Shown piece by piece: positions 51,407 to 64,000 of a stretch of DNA of 64,000 bases. The translations under genes and the position numbers were made by a program. The first letter of the stretch is position 1. Each line of letters opens with the position of its first letter. The DNA is from Octopus sinensis (Eukaryota), in assembly GCF_006345805.1 (NCBI RefSeq), contig NC_043006.1:100936001-101000000 (forward strand), written 5' to 3'. The notes under the pieces are model-generated. The model was not told where the DNA came from. It did not search any database and saw only the letters and a program-made list of their open reading frames with translations.

Positions 51407-52123
51407 CCGTGCGTGTGTGCCTGTGTGTGTGTGCCCGCGTGTGTGTATTTGTAAGAGCACTATCTATAAAAGACCCCGAAACAGAGTGATTTATTCCACT
51501 CTTTGAAGTCCCATTTCGCCGATGAAGTGCATTTTTTGGGGGGCTTTTTTTTTTTGGTATTTCAAAGAACGAATGCGTTGGTGTAAGTTAACCTTGAATT
51601 TCGAGGCGGAAGTGCCTATGTAATAATGGACATTATCAGATGTTTTGACCGAGATATATAATATCCATCCTTAGGCATTGGTTTCCAGAGGGCGCGTATT
51701 TATCACAGTTTCTACAGTTACACATTCCATTAGATATGTACTCATAAGAAGTCTTACTCTATTAGTGTTATCGTTATTATACTCAGAGGAGATACAAAAA
51801 TATTATCATCTCTGCTATTTAAACCTCATAGATGTGTTATGTTAGAGGTAAATCAAGATTAATCTATACATTCTGAAAGCGTTGTGTTCGAAACTTAATA
51901 GCCAGTGTTCGAAACTTAATAACCAGTGCAGTGTAACAATCGCAATACTTTAAGCAACCATGAGGGAACTAATATACAAAGAAATAACTATACAAACATT
52001 AATTATAGTAACAAATTTAAGAGAAAGAGATTGAACTGGACATATTAAGTCGTCTAAGCTACCATTAGGAATTCATGTAGCCACAGACATCCCGGGAATT
52101 TATTTTAAGGATTTAGATATATA

Positions 52124-52357
52124 CCTATTTCTTTACTACCCACAACGAGCTAAACACAGAGGGGACAAACAAGGTCAGACAAACGGATTAAGTCGATTAT
52201 ATCGACCCCAGTGCGTAACTGGTACTTATTTAATCGACCCCGAAAGGATGAAAGGCAAAGTCGACCTCGGCAGAGTTTGAACTCAGAACGTAACGGCAGA
52301 CGAAATACTGCCAAGCATTTCTCCCAGCGTGCTAACGTTTCTGCCAGCTCGCCGCCT
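52124..52357 (-). mobile_element. SINE family B, full length
   Basis: Complete unit; flanked by ttagatatatac duplication. Confidence 0.9.
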
Positions 52358-54232
52358 TAGATATATATACCGTGAAGTTCACTCATCTTCTTTCTTGGGA
52401 AGCTGTAAATTGTCCTATATTGTATACCTTTTCCATTAATAAGGATGGATATTTTTGTTTGAGTAGAAAAACCTTTGAAATTAATTTCGGTGAGAAATAT
52501 TTTAGCCAAAACAATTGTTTGTTGAATCAGATATTTCTCAACATCTGATAATTACTGAATCCTCTACTGGTCACTGTGATTGGTTAAAATATTTCTATGA
52601 AAAGGCTTTATCAAAGTCAACTGTGCTAACATTTTACTCATACCGAGGCGTCTAAGACGTACGCTGATTGGTTAAAATGCTCTCGTGAACTTCAGCTCGA
52701 TGAAACCTATTGGTAGGTATTTTAAACAGAAAATCCAGTCATTTTACTGCAATTGTCAATTGTGAAACGTATTAGCTGTTTCTTAATTCCACTACATAAT
52801 CATTTACTAGAGGATTGTTATTAAACGTGAAGGTATTTGTAAAATTATAAAAATACAAAAATAAAATGTGCAAATAAGACTATGGCGGAATTTGATTGAC
52901 TGATATCTTACTCTAAATACAACTATACAAAGTTTCAACTTTATATATATCGTCCATCAGCTTGCATTTGCTAAACATTTCGGATATTGAATTAAGTAGC
53001 GTAGTGGAATTCTTGGATCGGAAAAGAATGTGCGATCTTTCAGCTACGCATAACTTGCATCTCTTTGGTCTATTTATAAGATATGATATAACCTTGCAGT
53101 TAAGAATATGAAGCCTAAAATTAGACATAGGAAAATAATATAGTTCACCCACACCTTTCTCCTTAAATGTTAAAATTAACAGCGATAAGAAATTCCGGGC
53201 ATTATTAAATATGCATCTTCCAATAAACCATAGATACGGGAAGATTCTAAATAGATGTAAATTCTATAGAGTTACTGCCCCAATCTGAAGGACATTTTCA
53301 ATTACAAGTCAAACCAAAAGCTCAGTTCCACTTGTAACTGTCGACACTATGAAGCTTGCCAGCTTGATCAGTTGTGTTTGATGAACACTTGGTTATGAAG
53401 CTGAAGTTACAGCTGTGCTCCAAGATAACGTATTCGAGAAGGAAGATTACGACGGTTTTTGCGACACATTGATAAAAATAAAGACACTAAGTTGGCTAAC
53501 ATGTATAGTATCTGAACACCAACTGCACACTACGTACAGTCAAATGGAGTATCGGGGAGAAAACTGTGATAGATATGAATGGATAAAAGAAATGCAACCA
53601 ATGCGTAGCTGAAAGATGGCACATTCTTTTTCGATCCAAGTTCTACTACACTACTTAATTCCAGGTCCGAAATTTTTAGCAAATACAAACACATGGACAA
53701 GTTTTTTTTTGTCGAACTAGGGAATAAAAACCTCTCCAAATTGAGTAGCTATTTCACAAACTTTGGTCGCCACTCCATTATATTATTCTACATCGGCTAG
53801 ATTAAATGTGATTTCTACATACAAAGGAGACGAAAATCTTGGTTTTCTTATTATTTTTCTTCTACTTTTTACCATCAAAATTCATCACGTTTTTCTTACA
53901 ATTTTTTTCTCATGTTTTCTCGTAGACTAGTGTCTTGAGTTTTCAATTAGGTCTGACGCTATGCCCTGAGCCTGGAAGATTATTTGGAGATGAATGTCAT
54001 GTTATTTAAAATCTAACTAATTATTATATCTCTTTGGCATGAAACTATTACTACTATTTCTTTAAATTGTATATTTTAAATGATAGATAGATATAGATAG
54101 ATAGATAGATAGATACATACATACATACATACATACATATTGTTATTAATAGTACTATTAATTTTGTTAATATTATATATAATATTACTATTTATAGTAT
54201 TACCAATTCTTTGTGTTTACTTTTTATATAGT

Positions 54233-54640
54233 GTGCAGGAGTGGCTGTGTGGTAAGTGGCTTGCTAACCAAACACATGGTTCCGGGTTCAGTCCCACTAC
54301 GTGGCATCTTGGGCAAGTGTCTTCTGCTATAGCCCCGGGCCGACCAAAGCCTTGTGAGTGGATTTGGTAGACGGAAACTGAAAGAAGCCTGTCGTATATA
54401 TGAATATATATATATGTGTGTGTGTGTTTGTGTGTCTGTGTTTGTCCCCCTAGCATTGCTTGACAACCGATGCTGGTGTGTTTACGTCCCCGTCACTTTG
54501 CGGTTCGGCAAAAGAGACCGATAGAATAAGTACTGGGCTTACAAAAGTATAAATCCCGGGGTCGATTTGCTCGACTAAAGGCGGTGCTCCAGCATGGCCG
54601 CAGTCAAATGACTGAAACACGTAAAAGAGTAAAAGAGAGA
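54233..54640 (+). mobile_element. SINE family A
   Basis: Full-length match. Confidence 0.92.
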
Positions 54641-55528
54641 AAGTAAAGAGTACATAATTACAATGAGACCCCGTATTTCGAAACTGTAGCATATCTAAAT
54701 AAGGGAAAACTCTAATCTTTTCTTCAATTTTGGGATTTGAAATTATTACTAGTACATAGGCTAATAAATGTTTTCTTAGATCTAAAGTGTTATGGTCTGC
54801 TGAGAAGAACAGCACTTACGAAATTCCTTATGATCTGATTAGCAGCGTCCTCACCAGACTGATTCCCTTCATTGTTCTTGTCTCTATTTTTTCTTTGTTT
54901 CCTCTCTTTTCCTCCTTTTCCTCTTCTCCTTTCTTTAACCAAACTCCATCGTCCTCTACGTTATCCACTTACTTATTCATCTATTCACTTTTACTTTATA
55001 TTACACATCTTCTCCTCTTCATTAGATCTCTATTCAAATGTCTCGTCTTTTTTTCATTCCCTCTCTTTATAATATAATTCTTTCCGTGTTTTATACGACT
55101 CTCTTCTCTCTGCTACAATATATAGAGGCAAACTCGATTCCATCAATGCATTTCGTTTGTAATCAACTAATGAGGGTGGTACTTACATAGTAATTTGTTA
55201 CATAATCAATTGAAACATATGCATTAAATGCAGTCGGAATATCAATTAGTTTGCAACGATTTCCTAATAATATATGACTCATGTTTAGAACAATTTAGCC
55301 TGTCTCTATTTCAATAAAACCGTTAAAAAGCAATATGGGGAACAGGAGAGGAATGTTACTCTACTCTGGGTCGAAAATATCTGGTAAAGTGAACTGCATC
55401 AAAACAGAAAACAGTACACACAGTTTTAATCTATCTTCACAAGAAAAAGGAGACATGCTTACGATAGAATAATAAAGAACAGAATTTTAGGTTTCATTTA
55501 TATTTATACGCTTCACTTTTATTTCCAT

Positions 55529-55941
55529 TACTCTCTCATTTACTCTTTTACTCGTTTCCGTCATTTGACTGCGGCCATGCTGGAGCACCGCCTTTAGTCG
55601 AGCAAATCGACCGCAGGACTTATTCTTTGTAAGCCCAGTACTTATTCTATCGGTCTCTTTTGCCGAACCGCTAAGTGACGGGGACGTAAACACACCAGCA
55701 TCGGTTGTAAAGCAATGCTAGGGGACAAACACAAACACACATACACATACATATACGTATATATATATACATATATACGACAGGCTTCTTTCAGTTTCCG
55801 TCTACCAAATCCACTCACAAGGCGTTGGTCGGCCCGGGGCTATAGCAGAAGACACTTGCCCAAGATGCCACGCAGTGGGACTGAACCCGGAACCATGTGG
55901 TTGGTTAGCAAGCTACTTACCACACAGCCACTCCTGCGCCT
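55529..55941 (-). mobile_element. SINE family A
   Basis: Full-length match. Confidence 0.92.
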
Positions 55942-56286
55942 ATTACTAATTTTGGTCTCTTTGTTTTATGATTTATAATTTTCATTCCTTACTGCCATTA
56001 CTTTATTTGATATCTTTATGCGTTATGTCTATTTGAATCCATAAGTTACTCCACAGAGACAGAATGCCAAAAATACAATGGGGTACAAAACGATTAGAAA
56101 CTGACTCTGATCCAGCTGGATCATATTTATTTATGTAATTATCTATATACTATTGTATGTAAATAGTATGATATGGAAAACTCAGTAACGAACAGTTGTT
56201 ATTATTGTACAGAAACAATTGTTGTGATTGATGATTAAAGCATGTTCATTCCATCTTCTTGTTTTATAAGTTATATATATATACAT

Positions 56287-56680
56287 AGGCGTAGGGGTGG
56301 CTGTGTGGTAAGTAGCTTGCTTACGAACCACATGGTTCCAGGTTCAGTCCCACTGCGTGGCACCTTGGGCATCTGTCTTCTACTATAGCCTCGGGCCAAC
56401 CAAAGCCTTGTGAGTGGATTTGGTAGACGGAAACTGAAAGAAGCCCGTCGTATGTATGTATATATATGTGTGTGTTTGTCTGTCTGTGTTTGTCGCCCCA
56501 ACATCGCTTGACAACCGATGTTGGTGTGTCTGCGTCCCCGTAACTTAGCAGTTCGGCAAAAGAGAACGATAGTACTAGGCTTACAAAGAATAAGTCCTGG
56601 GGTCGATTTACTCGACTAAAGGCGGTGCTCCAGCATGGCCACAGTCAAATAACTGAAACAAGTAAAAGAGTAAAAGAGTA
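56287..56680 (+). mobile_element. SINE family A
   Basis: Full-length match. Confidence 0.9.
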
Positions 56681-56704
56681 TACACACACTCACATATATA
56701 TATA

Positions 56705-56923
56705 CGAGTGAGTACTGAAAAGTTCCTAGCTTTGGGTAAAAGAAAATACAGGAGGATCACTTAATTATGACTTTATTCAACATATTCCCCTCTCAGATTC
56801 ACACACTTAGTGCAGTGGTCCTTCAGTTTTTCTAAACCCTGTAAAAGAACTCGGAAGGTTGGGCCTCCAACCAGGCCTTTCGCGATATCCTTAAACCCAG
56901 GAACTTTTCAGCACCCCATCATG
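56705..56923. mobile_element. Mariner-type MITE (~220 bp)
   Basis: TA then cgagtgagtactgaaaagttcctagcttt; right end aaacccaggaacttttcagcaccccatc is its imperfect inverse. Confidence 0.75.
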
Positions 56924-57139
56924 TTCCCACGCAAACACACACGCGTGCACATATGTATCTAACTATCTATCTTTCTATCTATCTATCTTAGTTTTCAGTT
57001 ACGCTAAGAAGCAGTGGTGGCACCAGAATTTTCGACTCCAGTCAAATGTAACAAATTACCCCAAATCATTGTTAAAGTATTCACTTTAGCGAAATCAAGT
57101 CTGTACTGTCATCGAGTCGTATTAGATGCAATAATCCAT

Positions 57140-57510
57140 TCTACTATAGGCACAAGGCCTGAAATTAGGGTGAGATAGTCGAGTACATCGACCCCAGTAC
57201 TCAAGTGGTACTTAATTTATCGACCCCGAAAGGATGAAAAACAAAGTCGACCTCGGCGGAATTTGAGCTCAGAACGTTGCGGCAGACGAAATACTTATTT
57301 CTTTACTACCCACAAGGGGCTAAACACAGAGAGGACAAACGGATTAAGTCGATTATATCGACCCCACTGCGTAGCTGGTACTTATTTAATCGACCCCGAA
57401 AGGATGAAAGGCAAAGTCGACCTCGGCGGAATTTGAACTCAGAACGTAACGGCAGACGAAATACCGCTAAGCATTTCGCCCGGGACGCCAACGATTCTGA
57501 TAGCTCGCTG
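57140..57510 (-). mobile_element. SINE family B, full unit plus partial tandem unit
   Basis: Junction gacgaaatac|ttatttctt near 57294. Confidence 0.88.
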
Positions 57511-57848
57511 TTTTTGTATTAGATGTAATAATGAAGTCAAACTAAATAATAAGAGTCTGAAATCATTTAATACGCACGTTTCAGATTTGCGTAGTATATA
57601 AAAAGAGATGCGTCCATTGCGTAAGCCTTCTTCAGTTAAAACATTTCAAAAATATGAAGAATTTGATGGACCAACTATGATCAAACCTTGAGAGAGATGG
57701 GCTCCGCCAGGTTTAAGATACTCTCGGCACACCATGTCACAACGTCGCTCCTGACAACATGCAGGAGTTAAGGCCTCTAAGCAAGGCCTATATATATATA
57801 TTTCTTTTTACTACCCACAAGGGGCTAAACATAGAGGGGACAAACAAG

Positions 57849-57923
<75 letters not shown>

Positions 57924-57955
57924 TATAATATATATATTATATATATATATATATA

Positions 57956-58104
57956 GGAAGAGTTACGAAAAAAACAAAAGACAAAGACAGGTGGTGTACA
58001 AAACAAACAGATGTATTAGTATAACGCTCAGGAATAGAAAAAGTCTTTTACGTTTCGAGCCTACGCTCTTCTACAGAAAGGGACACAGAAAAACAAGGCG
58101 AGAA
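57956..58104 (-). mobile_element. ~150-bp element between (TA)n tracts with a variant HHR fold
   Basis: Minus strand cuuuCUGUAGA A GAGC guag GCUC GAAAC GUA aaag at 58045-58080. Confidence 0.6.
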
Positions 58105-58115
58105 ATATATATATG

Positions 58116-58183
<68 letters not shown>

Positions 58184-58227
58184 ATGTATGTATATATATA
58201 TATATACATATACATATACACACATAC

Positions 58228-58265
<38 letters not shown>

Positions 58266-58677
58266 GTATATGCATGTATATATATATATATACATACATA
58301 TACATGCATATACATATATACATGCATACATACATATGTATAGTGCGGATGTGAGTGCATTATGTAAGTATTTATGTATATAGATATATATACTGATATC
58401 CTGGCGCTAACATCGATTAACATCTTCGTATGAATGCAATTCTGTGTGCATAGGTTTGATAAGCAAGGAGAAGGGCAGTTTGAAAAATTAATCAATTTTA
58501 GCGCCGAGATATCAATATATACCCATTCTCTAGAGCTTTCTTTGCTCTGTCGAGATCTTTACTAAGTCAATTACCCGGAGATTATTTTTCAGTTCAATTG
58601 TAAAATTCTATTCATAAAGTTATAGCGTAAATATTTGATGTATGTATGTATATGCAAGACACGCCTATATATATATA

Positions 58678-58728
<51 letters not shown>

Positions 58729-59551
58729 ATATATACATACATTTATATATACATATATGTATGTATGTATGTATATTTTGATTTATTTGTAAGCAAAATA
58801 GAGAGTAAGAGAGAGGATTGGCTATTGTGTTACAAAAGAGGTTTTAAAAAATCAATAAATTTCTTTCTGTAATAAACACAATTAGAAAATAATTTTTTGA
58901 ATTGTTTAATTCCAATGAAAATATGGCCCACCCAATATATAATGTGTGTGTAAAGAAAGGGGTCTGGAGCGGGGAGAAAGGGAGTGTAAACTAAGTGCAA
59001 GCGTACTAAATGTAACGAACACAAAAACTGTAATTGATGAAGACCTAATAAATTGCGCATGAGCAGTGGTAAACATTGAACCAATGGCTAAAACCTGTGC
59101 AAGATTTAAATATAAATGTTTCAAGCCATCATCAGCAGGAATCTAAGACTGAAAACGAACAGGTCACTTGATGACACTCGAAATTTGTATTTATATTCCA
59201 GACGGCGCTGCTGTAGATTGCGCCACTGGGTAGCTGCTTCATTCCGTCCAATGAGGCTTGTATATATCTTTTTTTTTTTTTATCTTTTACATGTCTCAGT
59301 CTTTAGGCTGCGGCCATGCTGGGGCACCACATGGAAGAATTTTTAGTCGAATGTATTGACTCCAGTACTTACTTTTTAAAAGCCTGGTACTTATTCTATC
59401 GGCCCCTTTTTGCCGAACCACTAAATTTATTTGGGACGTAAACACACCAGCACCGATTGTCAAACGGTGGCTGGGGCAAACACAGGCACAATGCCGCGCA
59501 CACGTAAGTATATATATGTTAAAATGTCTGATTGACGAGTTTCATTTCTTC

Positions 59552-59640
59552 ACTTCCCTGAAGAGAAGATTACATTGTTTTACACCATTTTATTCCTTTG
59601 GAATAATATCAGTGATATCTTCGAAACCTGTGTCGGAAGT
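59552..59640 (+). ncRNA. Type I hammerhead ribozyme
   Basis: Stem I ACUUCC/GGAAGU, CUGAAGA 59558-59564, stem II GAAGAU/AUCUUC, GAAAC 59623-59627, GUC site 59632-59634. Confidence 0.8.
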
Positions 59641-59685
59641 AAAAGTATTTGAATTACACCTGCGTTAAACTCCATATATATATAT

Positions 59686-59724
<39 letters not shown>

Positions 59725-59729
<5 letters not shown>

Positions 59730-59923
59730 TAATCCAAACAAGAAAGCACAAAAAAACACAACAACGCGAGGACGTGGAACAAATATAGCATTATTGGACG
59801 CTCAGGAAAGAAGGAGGGTTTAACGTTTCGAGCGGAGCTCTTCGTCGGAAACATAGGAGAAGGAAAGATCCAGAGAAGGGAAGACAGAGGAAAAAATCGC
59901 CAACGGTACACACGATGTCACAT
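59725..59923 (-). mobile_element. ~200-bp element between (TA)n tracts with a variant HHR fold
   Basis: Minus strand guuuCCGACGA A GAGC ucc GCUC GAAAC GUU aaac at 59818-59852. Confidence 0.6.
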
Positions 59924-59959
59924 TATATATATATAGTGGAATAATAAAGAGAAAGTTCT

Positions 59960-60240
59960 TGGTATAATATTTTGTTTTCTTGATTGTTCGACGATCTCGG
60001 CCAAGATGCTTCGAAATGTTCAAAGAGGCTAATGCATCACTCAAAAGCTTAGTTATTTTCTGCTTTTCAGACGCTGTAATATCTTTCTTTTTATCCATGA
60101 TTATATTATAACCAGCAAAATAGCAAAAACGTATTATTAACACTGTAAAAATATAAATTCCAACATTTGCATAATAACTTCAGACAGCCAATTACAGTAA
60201 ATTCTTAATTACTCACAAAAAACAGCTGAAATATATGTCA
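59960..60240 (-). mobile_element. Tc1-like transposon 5' end relic
   Basis: MDKKKDITASEKQKITKLLSDALASLNISKHLGRDRRTIKK resembles a Tc1 paired-like HTH. Confidence 0.55.
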
Positions 60241-60378
60241 AATTTTAGCCACAATTAAGAAAGAGCATTTGTACCAACATCCTAGAATTTCAGCTTCCTG
60301 TGTACATGCACATTCATTTTATTAAAACAAAAAGATTTGTATAATATCTTCAGACAAGCTGTATGTATACATTTATAT

Positions 60379-60542
60379 AGGCGCAGGAGTGGCTGTGTGG
60401 TAAGTAGCTTGCTTACCAACCACATGATTCCGGGTTCAGTCCCACTGCGTGGCATCTTGGGCAAGTGTCTTCTACTATAGCCTCGGGTCGACCAAAGCCT
60501 TGTGAGTGGATTTGGTAGACAGAAACTGAAAGAAGCCTGTCG

Positions 60543-60583
<41 letters not shown>

Positions 60584-60795
60584 TTGTGTGTTTGTGTTTA
60601 TCCCCCTAGCATTGATTGACAACCGATGCTGGTGTGTTTATGTCCCCATCACTTAGCGGTTCGGCATAAGAGACCGATAGAATAAGTACTGGGCTTACAA
60701 AGAATAAGTCCCGGGGTCGATTTGCTTGACTAAAGGTGGTGCTCCAGCATGGCTGCAGTCAAATGACTGAAACAAGTAAAAGAGTAAAGAGAGAG
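60379..60795 (+). mobile_element. SINE family A
   Basis: Full-length match. Confidence 0.92.
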
Positions 60796-61134
60796 AGAGA
60801 ATAATTGTGTGTAGCTGTGTATATATATGTATGTGTATATGTATGTGTATATGTATGTGTGTGCAGGCGCAGGTGTGTATGTATTTATATGTAGGTATGT
60901 ATGTGTATGTGTTTATATATGTATATGTGTGTAGATATAAATGTGTATGTATATGTATATATATGTATATATGTGTGTGTGTGTGTGCGTTTATGTATGT
61001 GTATATATGCACATGCATATATATGTGTGTGTACATATGTACAGATGTATGTGTGCATGTATATGTGTGTATGTATATATATGCATATTTATATATATCT
61101 GTGTATTTATTATATTGATCTACTTTGCCAAACT

Positions 61135-61437
61135 GCCAAGTCATGGGGACATAAACACACAAACACTGGTTGGCAAGTGGTGGTAGGGGGACAATACAGA
61201 TACAAAGACACGTGTGCGCATGCACACACACATACACACACACATACACATATATATTTTTTCAGGATTATATATGACAGGCTTCTTTCAGTTCCTTCTA
61301 CGAAATCCACTCACAATGCTTTGGTTGGCCCAAGGCTATAGTAAAAGATACCTTCCCAAGGCACCACACAGTAAGACTGAACCTGGAAACATGTGGTTGG
61401 AAAGCAAGCGTCTTACCACGCAGCCAACCTGTGCCTA
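61135..61437 (-). mobile_element. Diverged partial SINE family A
   Basis: Head and middle recognisable. Confidence 0.7.
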
Positions 61438-62610
61438 TACAGATCTTTAAGTACCAGATTTTAAAATATCATATAAATCTTGAAGTTGATTTGTTCAACT
61501 AAAACCCTTCGACCTGTTTGCTGCAGCATGACCACAGTACTTTTATTGAATCAAGTAAATGATGAAAGATAAAAGATGAAAATCATACATGCTTAAATAG
61601 CAAAAAATTCAGAATAAAAGAATCTATACATTCTTACATAGTAAAATGTATGTCAGAAAATTGTATAGATTATTTAAATTTCTTAATTGATGTATTTCAG
61701 TCAAATGGACATAAATTTTACCATATTTTATCAAATTATTAAATATATTGAACAAAACATTTAATATTTTTCATATAAACCTACTTCATTTTCACAGATA
61801 TTGAGAAAGGCGGAAAAAACATTGCTGCATTATTTTTTAAATTTTATTTTCTATACTATACATTTATTCTCTTATGTCTGCATATATTTATTATACATGT
61901 GTATATATAAATGTGTGAGAGTGTTGGTAAAATATATATTCATAATTTTTCTATGTATGAATATGTATTCACACACTTTTATAATATATCTAGATATTTC
62001 TATATGCATGTATATATATGTATGAATGAGCACATCTGTGTGGGTGGGTGTATATATGCTTGCATCTGATATAGTTATTTCATTTGTTCGTTTTTACATC
62101 ATTTTTACATCCATTTCCCCCTACGTATGAATACACATACGTGGGCATTATATACATGTGCATATACATAAATTTAATATAATATATATATATACACACA
62201 TAAAAGAGGTATGTATATATATATATATACACATGCATAGTACAGATATATTTATATTTATTCATACAGACACAAATGTTTATATATCATCACTTTTTGT
62301 ATGTATGCATAAGTGTGTAGAATATATGGATGTATTCATAATATATGTTTCTAAGTAGGTAAGTAGGTGTATGCACTGTACATGTTTATATGAATATCCA
62401 TATGTTATATAAATATATATCTGTATAAACACACACACAGACACACACACACACACACACTCCTGTGCTTACACACACATATACACATATCTATATCTAT
62501 ATATATGACATGCATGTGACTTTGAGAATATGTAAGCATATGTGTTGGCTTGTGTGTGTGTGTGCATGTATATGTCCATTTTACTTTGTGTTGCAGAATC
62601 AATATTGTAA

Positions 62611-62641
<31 letters not shown>

Positions 62642-62678
62642 AGTATATATATATATAAATATATATACATATATATAT

Positions 62679-62748
<70 letters not shown>

Positions 62749-63089
62749 GTGTGTATGTGTATATGTACATATTTATGTACGTACATATGTGTGTGTGTGC
62801 ATGTAACAGTAATAATCTAAATCCATATATGTGTATGTATAAATATAAAGAATGCATATACCCACGCACATATATATGTGTGTGGGTGTATATATATATA
62901 TATATATACATACATATATGGATTTAGTTTATTATTGTTCGGTGTCTGCTTTCCTAGAATAACATAAACACTTTTAATAATTTCATTTTGTAAGATTTTC
63001 ACATACAAGTCCGCAACCCTTTCAAGTTCTGACATTATATTTCCAAAGAAATTTATTGTTATTGATGCCCTTTGACATGTTTCTTTCAC

Positions 63090-63444
63090 ATTGGCCAAAA
63101 CTTGGCTGAATTTATTGCTTCTTTTATAATGCTTTCTTTTTAGCTAAAATTTATCAAGATTTCATTGCTTCATATTTTAGTTTCTATTGGTTAAAATACT
63201 GTCTAGATTTATTGTTATTCTCATAATGCTTTATGATTGGCTAAACTCTACCCAGATTTTATTGTGTTTTGCTTAACCATCCTATTGGTTAAAATGCAGT
63301 CACGATTTATTAGGTTGTCTCTGATAATGGTTTATGATTGGCTAAAAACTATATAGATTGTTTTATTCTTATTTTTTTGTTTTCTTTTACAATTGGCTAA
63401 TATTTTGGATTTTTTTCTCTTTTTCTTATAATGATTATTATTGG
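63090..63444 (-). repeat. Degenerate ~50/100-bp periodic array of CCAAT boxes
   Basis: ATTGG at 63090, 63186, 63236, 63284, 63337, 63392 and 63440; ~98-bp dimer from 63184. Confidence 0.6.
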
Positions 63445-64000
63445 TTGAAACATTCTCCAGTATGTCTGTATCCAAGACTATAAAAACCAGTGTGAAAGCT
63501 AGCTTTGAATTTGACATACATTTTCCAGTAAAATGTTCATCAATGAAAATAGACACATAAAGTTACAAATATGGCTCACAATTTTTTCCTTGTCAAGAAA
63601 ATGTTTCTCAATGTCTGTTTTTCAATATCCTAGAGATTAAATGTTAATTTTAATTTTGACAAATCAACCAGGAAATTAATACAGGATTGAGTGACATGCT
63701 AGAAATACCAACCAACCTTCCTTAAAATTACTTTCTACCATCTTAGAAGATGAGAAATATATTGGATAATGCGATCTTATACAAACTCTGAGTAGATAGA
63801 ATGGTCACAGCCAGGACACTGTGTAACAAGATTTTTGTCCTTGGGTAGGAACTGTTATTTCTTATTTCCTTACTCCTAGAAAGGATGAAAAACGGCCAAT
63901 ATTTCCTTCAAACTTTGCTTTTGTTACTTCTATTCAAACCCCAAAGAACCCGTCTCAACACATGGCTATGATGCTTCCCTGCTACTGCTGCTCATAATCA

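Noticed and set aside
59114-59136. Minus-strand CUGAUGAUGGCUUGAAAC
   Set aside because: Stem II cannot close and stem III lacks its pairing partner.

Overview
AT-rich eukaryotic, repeat-saturated DNA with no confidently identifiable host protein-coding gene, rRNA, true tRNA or CRISPR array. The SINE and microsatellite repertoire looks like an octopus genome; this is recognition from memory, not a database check. Contents: at least five tRNA-headed SINE families; decayed Penelope-like (PLE), R4/Dong, RTE and CR1-type retroelements; Tc1/mariner relics and MITEs; Helentron-like elements; and many (TA)n, (CA)n, (GATA)n and trinucleotide tracts. Nearly all ORFs in the supplied track are microsatellite or SINE artefacts. 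The most striking signal is a set of small elements, mostly embedded in microsatellites, that carry hammerhead-ribozyme (HHR) motifs and/or are folded back on themselves as inverted repeats with spacers from about 600 bp down to 1 nt. They include a perfect 477-bp palindrome with an intact HHR on each strand (49077-49553), a second double-HHR fold-back (48322-48772), and a tRNA-headed, HHR-tailed SINE-like unit physically joined in inverted orientation to a PLE GIY-YIG endonuclease ORF (23240-24590). All alignments and folds were done by eye and coordinates of decayed elements are approximate.
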